From: a virus
Lineage: Duplodnaviria > Caudoviricetes
Direction: 5' to 3' (one strand)
Length of the DNA stretch: 64,000 nt
Virus record (IMG/VR): IMGVR_UViG_3300021400_000447
Location: 17,403-81,402 of that record
Shown here in pieces: positions 54,398-64,000 of this stretch. The notes under the pieces are model-generated. The model did no database searches and was not told the origin of the DNA. It was given only the letters and a program-made list of their open reading frames with translations. A program made the translations under genes and the position numbers. Within the stretch, counting starts at the first letter, position 1. The number at the start of each line of letters is the position of its first letter.

Positions 54398-55867
54398 GTG
54401 GCTTATGATGCAAACTCAATTCAAGTAAGGGATTTTAGAACCGCAGCCAGATCGACACCTGGTATGTACATAGGCGCTGACGGGCAAGATGCCACATTCA
54501 ATTGCTTTCTAGAAATTCTTAATAATTCATGTGATGAAGCAATTATGGGTCGCGGGAAAAGAATCGAAGTCAAAGTAGAAGATGATGGAATAACAATTTA
54601 TGATGAAGGCGCTGGCGTACCAAGAGGCCCAAACAAAGATTGTGATGAAGTTCTAATTGAACTTTATACAACAGCGCATAGCTCGGGAAAATTTGACTCT
54701 AATAACTATTCTCGTGTTCGTGGTATGCACGGCGTTGGCGCGAGTACCGTTTGCGTCTGTTCTGAAATCTTTGAAGTATGGACACGAAGAGACGGTTATG
54801 AATGGCATCTACAATTTAAAGATGGCATTCCGCAGGCGCGCACCGCTCAAAAAATAAGAAAAACAAATGAAACTGGTACAACAATTTATTTCAAACCTGA
54901 TAAAAATATTTTTCATATAGATGAAAATACGCCAGCCTTCGATATTCATAGAATTAGAGATGAACTGGAGTTAACAAGTTATTTTATTCCGAATGTTGAA
55001 TTTCTTCTCAATACCGGCGAACAATCATCAGCACTCTTTCTATCAAAGAATGGATTAAAGGATTTTGCCGCAGCTAAAATAACTGAACCATTACATAAAA
55101 ATTATATTTATGGAACAAAGCATTTTCCTGATGATGTTGATATTGAAGTCTTCGCACAATGGACTGCTGGGAAGGAACAATGTTTTGTATTCTCAAATGG
55201 TGCTGCTAATGTTAATGGCGGAACTCCTGTAAGTGGCATGCGTGCAGCATTCACACGCACAATAAATGATTCTGCGAAAGAAAAATTTGATAGTGATATG
55301 ATTCGTAAAGGACTAGTCACTATTATTAATATTAAGCATCCGCATCCTATTTATAAAAATCAGGTAAAGGATCAAATTCAGAATCAGGAATTACGCGGTT
55401 ATACACAAACAGTATTCACAGACGCTATTAAAGATTGGATTATCAAAAATCAAAGTGATTTTGATAAGATTATAGCGTTATTAGTTAGAGACAAGAAAGC
55501 TGAAGTTGCAGCTGAAAAGGCTAGGCAATCTATTCTTACTGCTGCAAACAATATAGAGAAAAATCAAAAGCGAAAGACATTTGCATCTGATAAACTTAAA
55601 GATGCAGAATTTCTTGGACAAGATTCAACATTGCTAATTGTTGAGGGCCTAAGTGCGGCTTCAAGTATGGCAGTCGCACGAGATATTAAACATTATGGTA
55701 TCTTAGCAATTAGAGGAAAGCTAGTTAATTGTTTGGCTCATACGGAAGAAAAAATCTTTGAAAATGAAGAAATTAATTTGCTACTCAGCGCGATGAATAT
55801 TGTTCCAGGAAAATATAACGCAAATAAATTGCGCTATGGGAAAATAGCTATCTGCAGCGATTCGGAT
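54398..55867 (+). CDS. gyrB: Type IIA topoisomerase subunit B, exon 1
   Basis: PGMYIG, EILNNSCDE, GMHGVGAS, VEGLSA, IRGKL.N; ends within the TOPRIM motif at ICSDSD. Confidence 0.9.
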
Positions 55868-57017
55868 TAACCTTCGTTGAGTCCGAGTAAAATCTCTTAA
55901 ATTGCGGGAAGTCCCTTAGAGCCTTTATAACCAAACATTTATAGTAATATAAATGCGGCGAAGAGTAACGGCTTCGGTAAGGTAAAATCATAAAGGATTG
56001 GGTAATCAAACGCAGCGAAATCTCCTATTAGGAGAGACGTTCAACGACTATAATAGAGACCTTAATTTAAGGATGGTATAGTCTAATCCCTATAAAATTT
56101 TTGGAATAAATTATATGATATACCACCCATCTCTATCACCATATGAATGGAGGTGATAGGCATGGCATGGAAAACGCTAGAAGAAAGTCTATCCGATCAA
56201 GAGAAACAGAATATTATTACTGATTATCAAAATAATATATCTTTACGTGAATTAGAAAAAAAATATCATCATAATCGTGCAAATATAAGTAAATGGTTAG
56301 AAAAAATTGGAATTAAAACCACCAAAGGAAATCATTATAGAAAGTATTTTCACGACGAAGATTTTTTTGAGAATATAGATACTGAGGAAAAAGCATATTG
56401 GCTAGGTTTTATGTTCGCGGATGGTTATATAGTTAATAATGAAAATAACTATGGCCAAGATCAATTCGGTATTAGTGTAGCGGAAGATAGCGCAGATGTT
56501 ATAGAAAAATTTAAGAAAAGCATAAACGCTACTAATCCTATTCAATATGACACTAGCCGAAAAGCAGAAGGAAAGCAAACAATGCATAAATTAGTTCTTC
56601 GTTCTCAAAAAACTGTAGATGATTTAATAGATAAAGGTTGTGTAAAACAAAAAACTTTAATTTTAGAACCCCCAAAGCATGTTCCTGATAATTTAATAAA
56701 GCATTTTCTTCGTGGATTCTTTGATGGAGATGGATCATTATGCCGTTCTCAAAAGAAAAATTCTACTTATATTAATTTTACAGTAAATTTTACCACGACT
56801 GAAGCTGTAGCAAAATGGATTTTAAAAATTATCGGAATGGGAACAGTTTCTAAAGAGCAACGTAGAGAATATACTTGGTATTGGAAATTAAGTGGTAATC
56901 AGCAAGTGATAAAATTCTATCATTATTTATATGATGATGCAACGATTTGGATGGATAGAAAATATATTAAATTCCAAGAACTTTTAGAAAAATACGGCTA
57001 AAGCCGGGGTATTAATG
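55868..57017 (+). mobile_element. Group I intron in gyrB carrying a LAGLIDADG endonuclease
   Basis: P1 TCGGAT|..GTCCGA with U.G; P AAATTGCGGGAA, Q AAACGCAGC, R GTTCAACGACTA, S GGTATAGTC; terminal G; splicing restores DSD-SDGFHI. Confidence 0.9.
56162..57001 (+). CDS. Intron-encoded LAGLIDADG homing endonuclease
   Basis: AYWLGFMFADGYI and FLRGFFDGDGSL motifs; GGAGGTG RBS; no TAG. Confidence 0.87.
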   Translation: MAWKTLEESLSDQEKQNIITDYQNNISLRELEKKYHHNRANISKWLEKIGIKTTKGNHYRKYFHDEDFFENIDTEEKAYWLGFMFADGYIVNNENNYGQDQFGISVAEDSADVIEKFKKSINATNPIQYDTSRKAEGKQTMHKLVLRSQKTVDDLIDKGCVKQKTLILEPPKHVPDNLIKHFLRGFFDGDGSLCRSQKKNSTYINFTVNFTTTEAVAKWILKIIGMGTVSKEQRREYTWYWKLSGNQQVIKFYHYLYDDATIWMDRKYIKFQELLEKYG

Positions 57018-57398
57018 TCTGACGGTTTCCATATTGGCTTACTAATTATGGCTGCAATTTACAAGCTAGCCCCTCAATTCCTCGAAGAGAATAGACTATG
57101 TTGGCTGCGTTCGCCTCTCTATATTGAAAAAATCGGTAAAAAAGAAAAATATTACTTTACAGATGATGAGATTCGCGATGTAGAAATAACTGGAGAACTT
57201 CAACGTAATAAGGGTCTTGGTAGTCTATCAGCAGAGCAAGCAAAGAACTCAATGTTTAATCCACTTAATCAACGCATGGATGTATTAGTTCCTGATGAGA
57301 CTTCATTAATGCTTCTTTCTCAGCTCATGGGAGAAGATAATTCTTATAGAAAAGAATTTATATTTAAAAATGTTGACTTCTCAGAAATACATGAATAA
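57018..57398 (+). CDS. gyrB: Type IIA topoisomerase subunit B, exon 2
   Basis: SDGFHI.LL, PLY, RNKGLGSL, RKEFI. Confidence 0.88.
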   Translation, partial: SDGFHIGLLIMAAIYKLAPQFLEENRLCWLRSPLYIEKIGKKEKYYFTDDEIRDVEITGELQRNKGLGSLSAEQAKNSMFNPLNQRMDVLVPDETSLMLLSQLMGEDNSYRKEFIFKNVDFSEIHE

Positions 57399-57453
57399 TT
57401 TGATTTTTATGAAAAGTTATAGTATAATATAATTATAGAGTGAGGAGGAAGCA

Positions 57454-59820
57454 ATGGCTGAGTTAAAACAAGTAATTGAGCAATCGTTTAGCCAGTATGC
57501 TGGCGCGGTTTTACAATCACGAGCTCTTGTTGATGTGCGTGATTGCCTTAAACCATCAGCAAGACAAATTTTCTATTGTCTTTATACTGATAAATTTACA
57601 CATGATAAACAATTTAAAAAGACTCTAAAAGCGATTGGTAGCGCTAGTAGAATGTATATCCATGGTGATGCAAGCGCGGAAGGAATTATAATGCGTGCCG
57701 GGCAACCATTTGCAATGCGGTATCCGCTTATTGAAGTCGAAGGTTCATTTGGTAATCTTATGGAAAGCGGCAACTGGGCGGCTCCTCGTTATACTGCATC
57801 ACGCCTTACAGAATTTAGTGAAAAAATGTTTAATGGTATTAATAAAAATACCATTGATACATGGCTTGATAATTATGACGACACAGAACAATATCCTACT
57901 GTTCTGCCATCAATTGGATTTTATAATATTGTGAATGGCACAATGGGCATCGGTATTGGAGCTTCATCATCGATTCCTCCAACCAATCTAAGAGAAGTGA
58001 ATGAAGCAATTATTAAGCTGATTCAAAATCCTGAAATTGATTTTGATGAAATTGTTTGTTATCCAGACTTTCCAACTGGTGCAACAATCCTTAATAAAGA
58101 AGAGGTCAAAGAAAGTCTACGGGCTGGCCGCGGCGCTTCATGTAAAATTCGTTCAACAATTGAATATAATGCTGATGAAAATTGTTTAATTGTTACTGAA
58201 ATTCCATATATGGTTTATACAAACACCATTTGTGGAGAACTTGAAGCGATCATTGCAGCTAATGAAGAGTCAACCTTTATTGATAGATTTAATGATCTTA
58301 CTGGATCAACGCCGTTAATTAAGATTTATTTAAAGAAGGGTGTTAATCCAAAAAAGGCGATTGATTACCTATATAAAAATACATCGCTTGAATCATATTA
58401 CTCTATTAATTTCACAATGCTTAAAGATGGCCGCTGGCCAATGGTATTTAGTTGGAAGCAGTGCCTACAAGAATACATTACTCATATTCGTATTTGTAAG
58501 CGGCGTGAAATTCAATTCGATCTAGACAAGGCGCTCGCACGAAAAAATATTGTAGATGGTCTAATTAAAGCATATTCAATTATTGATGAGGTTGTTGCAT
58601 TAATTCGTTCATCTAATAGTCCAGCCGATGCATCAATTGGGCTGCAAACTCAGTTTCAGTTTAATGAAGAGCAAGCAAAGGCGATTTTGGCGATGAAGCT
58701 TTCTTCATTAACAAAGCTTGATATAGTAAAATTGAATAATGAAGCTGAAGAACTTGCCAAAAAAATTGAATGGTATCGTTACTTATTAAATGATTCTTCA
58801 GCTTTGGATAATGAATTAATTAAAATTCTTCGCGATGTTGCCACAAGATTTGGTGATGAACGTAGAACTAAGATACTAAATGTAGTTGATACTGAAGAAC
58901 AACCGCAAGAAGTGACCGTTGAAAAAGAACTTGGTGTAATGTTATTTGATAATAACATTATTCGTGCAGTAGAAAGAGAATCTTTGCAGGGCTCTAAACG
59001 TGGCACAAAAGGCACAAATATTAAGGCGCCGAAGGGTGCTACATTAATTGATACATTGTATACAACTGATTTTAGAAATATAGCGTTAATTACAAGTTCT
59101 GGAAAGATTTTCTTTATAAACTTAAGTGAGCTTGAATTGAATCATGATTATTCAATTTATGAATTAATTAATCTATCTGCTGATGAAAAAGTTAAATTAA
59201 TCATTGATTCAACTATTTTCAATTCTTATAAAAATCTTGTAACAGTAAGCAAGTATGGCTATATCAAAAAGACTGACATAAAAGAGTATAATCTACGAGC
59301 TCGACGTGGAGTTGCCGCTGTCAAACTTGAAGATAATGATGAGCTTGTTGGCGCGTACTTCAGTAATAATGATAATGATAAGATTATGATTGCTTCAAAC
59401 AATGGTAATTATAATTATTATTCCGTAGGCTCAATTAGTGCTACTGGTCGTGTAACTCGTGGTGTTCGCGCAATAAAATTAGCAGAACATGAATTTGTGC
59501 AGTCAGCAACAGTTGTAAAAGATAATATTGAATATCTTGGTATTCTTACTGTAAATAGTAATGGCAACGGAAAAATTACACCAATTAGTGAATTTTCTGA
59601 AACTAGCCGCGGCATTAAAGGCTTCTCAGTAATGAATACTAAAGATGGCTCATTAGCACTTATTTATGCAGTGCCGTTAAACAAAACTAAATTTTACTTT
59701 ACTGCAAACAATAAAGCAGTATTGCTAGACGTTAATTCTATTCCTGTACAAAATAGAACAACTACTGGTGTTCGTATTATTGATACACGAGTATCACAAG
59801 CAGAAATTAATATAATGTGA
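57454..59820 (+). CDS. gyrA: Type IIA topoisomerase subunit A with beta-pinwheel C-terminal domain
   Basis: DVRDCLKPSARQI, YIHGDAS, RYPLIE..G.FG, AAPRYT (catalytic Tyr), R..RGV..I repeats. Confidence 0.92.
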   Translation: MAELKQVIEQSFSQYAGAVLQSRALVDVRDCLKPSARQIFYCLYTDKFTHDKQFKKTLKAIGSASRMYIHGDASAEGIIMRAGQPFAMRYPLIEVEGSFGNLMESGNWAAPRYTASRLTEFSEKMFNGINKNTIDTWLDNYDDTEQYPTVLPSIGFYNIVNGTMGIGIGASSSIPPTNLREVNEAIIKLIQNPEIDFDEIVCYPDFPTGATILNKEEVKESLRAGRGASCKIRSTIEYNADENCLIVTEIPYMVYTNTICGELEAIIAANEESTFIDRFNDLTGSTPLIKIYLKKGVNPKKAIDYLYKNTSLESYYSINFTMLKDGRWPMVFSWKQCLQEYITHIRICKRREIQFDLDKALARKNIVDGLIKAYSIIDEVVALIRSSNSPADASIGLQTQFQFNEEQAKAILAMKLSSLTKLDIVKLNNEAEELAKKIEWYRYLLNDSSALDNELIKILRDVATRFGDERRTKILNVVDTEEQPQEVTVEKELGVMLFDNNIIRAVERESLQGSKRGTKGTNIKAPKGATLIDTLYTTDFRNIALITSSGKIFFINLSELELNHDYSIYELINLSADEKVKLIIDSTIFNSYKNLVTVSKYGYIKKTDIKEYNLRARRGVAAVKLEDNDELVGAYFSNNDNDKIMIASNNGNYNYYSVGSISATGRVTRGVRAIKLAEHEFVQSATVVKDNIEYLGILTVNSNGNGKITPISEFSETSRGIKGFSVMNTKDGSLALIYAVPLNKTKFYFTANNKAVLLDVNSIPVQNRTTTGVRIIDTRVSQAEINIM

Positions 59821-59827
59821 GGTAAAC

Positions 59828-60214
59828 ATGAATAGATATATTACAGTTTTTAATGAGGTTACCAATATTGGTGATGCAATTATTCAGCAGGTAAGTAAGC
59901 TTACCAATGAAGAAGATTCTGAAACCTCTAATAAAGCAAAGCTTCTGATTCCTGCAATGGATCAACTAAAGAATAAGCTAAAGAATGATAATCCACAATT
60001 TGATGCGCAGGATTATCAAATGCTTTATCTAAGCGCGGCTTTAACAAATAATAATCTAAAGACGCGCATGGATCAACTTTCACAGGCCCGTGACAACATT
60101 CAATCTCTTATTATGCCCCAACTAAAGGAGATTGTAGATTGCCAAGGTAATGAGGAAGAAATTAATAAGTTGGTTGAAAAATATTTCAATAATTTCTCTG
60201 ACCAAGAAAATTGA
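59828..60214 (+). CDS. Hypothetical protein
   Basis: GAGGT RBS; clean helical ORF. Confidence 0.6.
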   Translation: MNRYITVFNEVTNIGDAIIQQVSKLTNEEDSETSNKAKLLIPAMDQLKNKLKNDNPQFDAQDYQMLYLSAALTNNNLKTRMDQLSQARDNIQSLIMPQLKEIVDCQGNEEEINKLVEKYFNNFSDQEN

Positions 60215-60415
60215 CTTTAATCAAAAAATCATTTATAATAATAACAGAAAGTGAGAAGAGAACTTAAAGGCTTGATTAAAAAAAGCACGACATGAAAAAT
60301 TTGACTCTTACTCAAATTTCATATATAATATAAAGCATAAAGAGGAAGGAAGAAAGGAAACCCTTACCGCTTTAAATAATCAAACATCAATCGATATAAA
60401 AGGAGACGATTTATT

Positions 60416-60775
60416 ATGACAGTAAACGCAGAACTAATTCTAAACACACTTAAGCAGAATTATGGTAAGGAATTTAGCAAGCAGGAGCTTGTGCAGAAGC
60501 TTGGAGTTTCTATGCCGACAGTTACAGCAACTATTCGTGCACTAACTAATAAGGGATATGTTATTGGTACTCGTGAAGAGACCGTTGAGCTAGAGCCTGC
60601 AACTGAGACTCGTAAGGCCAAGACCCGCGTAATTAAGTATCACACTCTAACTGAGGCTGGTCTAGCCTATGATCCTGTAGCGGAAGCCGCCGAGAAGGAA
60701 GCTGCTAAGGAGGCCGCAAAGGCTGCTCGTGCTGCTGAGCGCGCTGCGGCTAAGGCTGCAAAGGAAAACGCCTAA
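60416..60775 (+). CDS. Winged-helix DNA-binding protein with Ala/Lys-rich tail
   Basis: IL..LK......SKQEL...LGVS..TV....R.L..KGYV; two upstream promoters (60211, 60301). Confidence 0.7.
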   Translation: MTVNAELILNTLKQNYGKEFSKQELVQKLGVSMPTVTATIRALTNKGYVIGTREETVELEPATETRKAKTRVIKYHTLTEAGLAYDPVAEAAEKEAAKEAAKAARAAERAAAKAAKENA

Positions 60776-60890
60776 TAGTGCCCTCAATTGGGTGGCTCAA
60801 CTACAAAGAGCCACCCAATATTAAAAATTGACATAAAATAAAAAAATATACTATAATAAAAGCATAAAGAAAAAAAGGGGATAAAATAAA

Positions 60891-61787
60891 ATGAGTAAGG
60901 ATATTATGAAGGATCAGGCACTAAACAAGGTAACAATTATTGGTAAGCTTCTTGATGTAACTTTCCGCGATGGCCAGCTAAAGGATGGTCGTGCGTATGA
61001 AAGTGCTAATATGACAATTCGTGTAACTCAGACTTATGGTGGACGTGAGGAAACCAGCGAAATTCCAGTAAGTATTTTTGCGGCGAAGTACACGCTTGCA
61101 AATAAGCTCAATCCTGCTTATGAACAAGTTCAGGCGCTGAAGACTCTAAAGACGGCGCAGAATGTTGGTATTGATGCTGCTGACATTATTCGCATTAACA
61201 GCGGTTCTCTGCGCGAGAATAACTTTGTAAGCCGTAGTGGTCAGCTTGTAAATGGTTGGCAGATTAATGCTTCATTTATTGGGACTGGCAATGGCCCGGA
61301 TGTTGCATCTTTTACAACTGATATTTTCATTATGGATATGCATCCTGAAGAGGATAGGGAAGGAGAGCCCACTGGACGACTCATTATTAAGGGCGGTGTC
61401 GTACAGTATGGTGGCAACCTTGACGTACTGGAATTTGTTGTGGAAGATCATAATGCGGTTGACTATATTGAACGTAACTGGGAAGTAAATGACACACTAA
61501 ATGTTCGTGGTCGTGTGCGTATTACCGCGGTTGAAGAGAAGGTCTCCGGTAGTGATAGTGGATGGGGCGAAGACATTCCAGAAACCACAACTCGCACCAC
61601 TCGTGAGCTAGTCATTACCAAGGGTGAAGACAGTGGCCGCGATGAAGAGTTTGCTTACGATCCTGCCGATATTAAGAAGGCATTCAACGTTCGTAAGGCA
61701 AAGATTGAACAGATGCAAGTAGATGCTACGCACAAGTCTCAGCCTGCTGCAGCAGCCAAGAGCGCTAGCAAGTATGATTGGGAGTAA
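60891..61787 (+). CDS. Single-stranded DNA-binding protein
   Basis: N.V.I.G.L OB-fold pattern twice; acidic/aromatic C-terminus KYDWE; replication context. Confidence 0.65.
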   Translation: MSKDIMKDQALNKVTIIGKLLDVTFRDGQLKDGRAYESANMTIRVTQTYGGREETSEIPVSIFAAKYTLANKLNPAYEQVQALKTLKTAQNVGIDAADIIRINSGSLRENNFVSRSGQLVNGWQINASFIGTGNGPDVASFTTDIFIMDMHPEEDREGEPTGRLIIKGGVVQYGGNLDVLEFVVEDHNAVDYIERNWEVNDTLNVRGRVRITAVEEKVSGSDSGWGEDIPETTTRTTRELVITKGEDSGRDEEFAYDPADIKKAFNVRKAKIEQMQVDATHKSQPAAAAKSASKYDWE

Positions 61788-61826
61788 GGCGTAAGCCTTA
61801 CCCCTTTTTAAATCGGAGGTGCGCTT

Positions 61827-62825
61827 ATGGCAGATATTAATATATTTGAGCTGGAGCCGTCTAAGATTTCACGCGATCTTAAGGGAAAGTTCCTAATGAT
61901 TTATGGACTACCTAAAGTTGGTAAATCTACTTTTGGATCATAGCTTCCACGTTCACTTTTCCTTAACTTCGAGCAAGGTACTAATGCTCTCGCTGGTATT
62001 CGCAGTGTTCCGATTCTGCGGTGGTCAGATTTTAAGAAGGTATTGACTCAGCTTCGTAAACCGCAAGCGAAGGAAATGTATGATAGCATTGTAGTTGATA
62101 CCGCTTCAATCGCTTGGCAGCTATGCGAAAAATATGTGTGTCAGCGTGAAGGTGTTGAAAGCATAAGAGACATACCATGGGGCCAGGGCTGGGGAATGCT
62201 GCGCAATGAATTCTCTGAGTGCTGGCGTGAGATCACGCTTCTTGGTTTCGGAATACTCTTTATTGCACACAGTAAAGAGCGGCCAACAGAAATGCGCGAT
62301 GAAGAAGGTAATACAATTACAGCAGTTGCGCCCGACCTGCCGAATCAATGTTATACGATTATCAATTCTATTGTTGATATTATTGGTTATGTACAGGTTC
62401 AAATGAATCCGGATGGCTCTACAGAACGATATCTTTATACAAGAGCCACTCCAACAGTATTCGCAGGTTCACGATATCAATACTTAGCTCCAAAAATTAA
62501 GTTTGGATATCAAGAGCTAGTCAATGCAATTGGAGAAGCAATTGATAGCGCAGTAACAAATGATGGCGCGCAAGTTACAGATCATACTGAATTTGCGCAG
62601 ATTAAAGATCGTCCGTTCTCAGTTATTATGCAAGAAGCTAAGGAGCTTTGGGGAAGTTATTTGAATAAGGCTACTAGTGAAGAAGAAAAGGAACAGCATC
62701 TTCGTGTTATGAAGGATATTATTCGTAAGATTTTCGGCACAGAAGATTTCAAACTAAGCGGCGCAGTTCCTTCACAAGCGGATCTGGTTGAATTGTTTAT
62801 TGATGAAATGAAAAATCTTGATTAA
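61827..62825 (+). CDS. AAA_24/Sak4-like ATPase (1 TAG)
   Basis: GGAGGTG RBS; IYGLPKVGKSTFGS(TAG)LP, FEQG, IVVDT, FIAH, DIIGY. Confidence 0.82.
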
Positions 62826-62923
62826 ACATTATGCGCGATGCTCATTTTCAGTATCGCGCATTTTGTCTTTATAAATTTGCCAAAAGCGCAAAAAGATGAT
62901 ATAATATAATAAGAGGTGAAATA

Positions 62924-63412
62924 ATGAAGACAAAAAAATGTTTTGGATGTAAGATTAGTTTTACTGAAGATCAATTAACTTTTTATACTACCGCCACGGC
63001 GCAAACAGGGCATTGGTATTGTAAAAATTGTTTGCATGATAAACTCGAGCGAGAAAAATTTTCAACAACTGTATGTACAATTTTTGGTTTAAGAACACCT
63101 GGACCAAGAATATGGACAGAAAGAAAACGTTTAATTGATAAATATGGTTATACTGATAATACAATAATAAAATGTTTAAATTATCTGTATAATGTTGAAA
63201 AGAAAAAGAAACTAGCTGATTCATTATGTTTAGTTAATCCAACAAATGTTGATAAAAGCATTCGATGGGAAAAAGAACAACAATATAATGCAAATAAATT
63301 ATTAAGCGCTGTTGAAAAGATGGGTAACGCAAATGAGCAAGCTGTTCAAATAAAAGAACATTTAAATGAGAAAAAAGAATTAAATCCAGATGAATGGTTA
63401 GATTTTGATTAA
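62924..63412 (+). CDS. Hypothetical Zn-finger protein
   Basis: KCFGC...YCKNC; GAGGTG RBS. Confidence 0.65.
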   Translation: MKTKKCFGCKISFTEDQLTFYTTATAQTGHWYCKNCLHDKLEREKFSTTVCTIFGLRTPGPRIWTERKRLIDKYGYTDNTIIKCLNYLYNVEKKKKLADSLCLVNPTNVDKSIRWEKEQQYNANKLLSAVEKMGNANEQAVQIKEHLNEKKELNPDEWLDFD

Positions 63413-63433
63413 ACAGAAAGAGGGTGTTTAAAA

Positions 63434-64000
63434 TTGGTTCTTTCTGATAAAATGGCATATAGACAAGTGCTGGGTTGTCTAATGCAAAATCCACTTTTAT
63501 TTTTACAGTATACAGACCTTGAGCCAACAGATTTTGATATCAATGTGGCGCGAGTTTGTTATATTATAATTAAAAAATTATATGAATAGGGCGCAACAAC
63601 ACTAACACCAATTGAAGTAGATCAAGAAGTTAGCAAATACGAGCGCAGCGCATTGATTTATGAGCGTGATGGTGGGCTTGAATTTCTTAAAACAGCTTAT
63701 GAATTTGCTGAACCTGGTAATTTTCAATTGTATTATGATCGTGTAAAGAAATATTCTTTATTGCGCAGATTGCGGAAAGAGAAGTATGATATAAGTGATT
63801 ATTATCTTGAAGATAATGAAATTACTGATCCAATGGCCGCAACTGCTATACAGGAGCATTTTGAAGAAAGCTCAATTGAGGATATTCTAAATAGCGTTGA
63901 AAGCAAATATAATGTTATTAGAAATGATTATTTAAAAGGCGGCAGGTCTAAAGGCGATCCATCAGAGGGAATCGTTCAATTAATTGAAGAATTACGTACA
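63434..64000 (+). CDS. Replicative helicase (DnaB-like), N-terminal part, runs off the window
   Basis: QVLGCLMQNP.L, NF.LYY.RVKKYSLLR.L; TAG 63587 read through; follows SSB and AAA genes. Confidence 0.65.

Noticed and set aside
45-63527. Minus-strand and alternate-frame ORFs in the track (e.g. 617-967, 4257-4592, 19957-20301, 20932-21174, 23642-23872)
   Set aside because: They shadow strong plus-strand genes or tRNAs, and lack an RBS and recognisable motifs.
1-64000. TGA recoding (code 4/25)
   Set aside because: TGA ends genes cleanly at coupled junctions (3304, 18189, 33325) and is not found inside conserved domains.
1-64000. CRISPR array
   Set aside because: No regularly spaced direct repeats were seen; the 53379-53500 repeats are irregular quasi-palindromes.

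Overview
A 64-kb segment of a large AT-rich dsDNA tailed phage, probably infecting Bacillota (GGAGG[TG] ribosome-binding sites, consensus sigma-A promoters). All credible genes are on the + strand. The phage reads TAG as an amino acid, most likely Gln (code 15): many ORF-track fragments join into single genes that end in TAA/TGA, and TAG aligns with Gln in internal repeats and conserved motifs. Layout: 1-18.9 kb TAG-rich tail/fibre module; 18.9-32.4 kb tRNA/ncRNA island (11 intact-looking tRNAs, 2 degenerate ones, several large structured non-coding tracts, RNA ligase, Pnk-like kinase, an array of small paralogous genes); 32.4-41.9 kb mixed genes with two TAG-rich orphans and a holin; 41.9-64 kb nucleotide metabolism and replication (RNase H, dNMP kinase, DNA ligase, ClpP-like, PhoH, Dam, NCS2 permease, intron-split gyrB, gyrA, SSB, AAA ATPase, helicase). 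Main hidden finding: a twelfth tRNA, an amber suppressor (22718-22982), whose CUA anticodon is split by a 175-nt group I intron and whose long extra arm carries a second, Gln-type (CUG) anticodon-like loop. The recoding may therefore depend on a self-splicing step. Coordinates were counted by hand, no database searches were run, and family names come from motif recognition.
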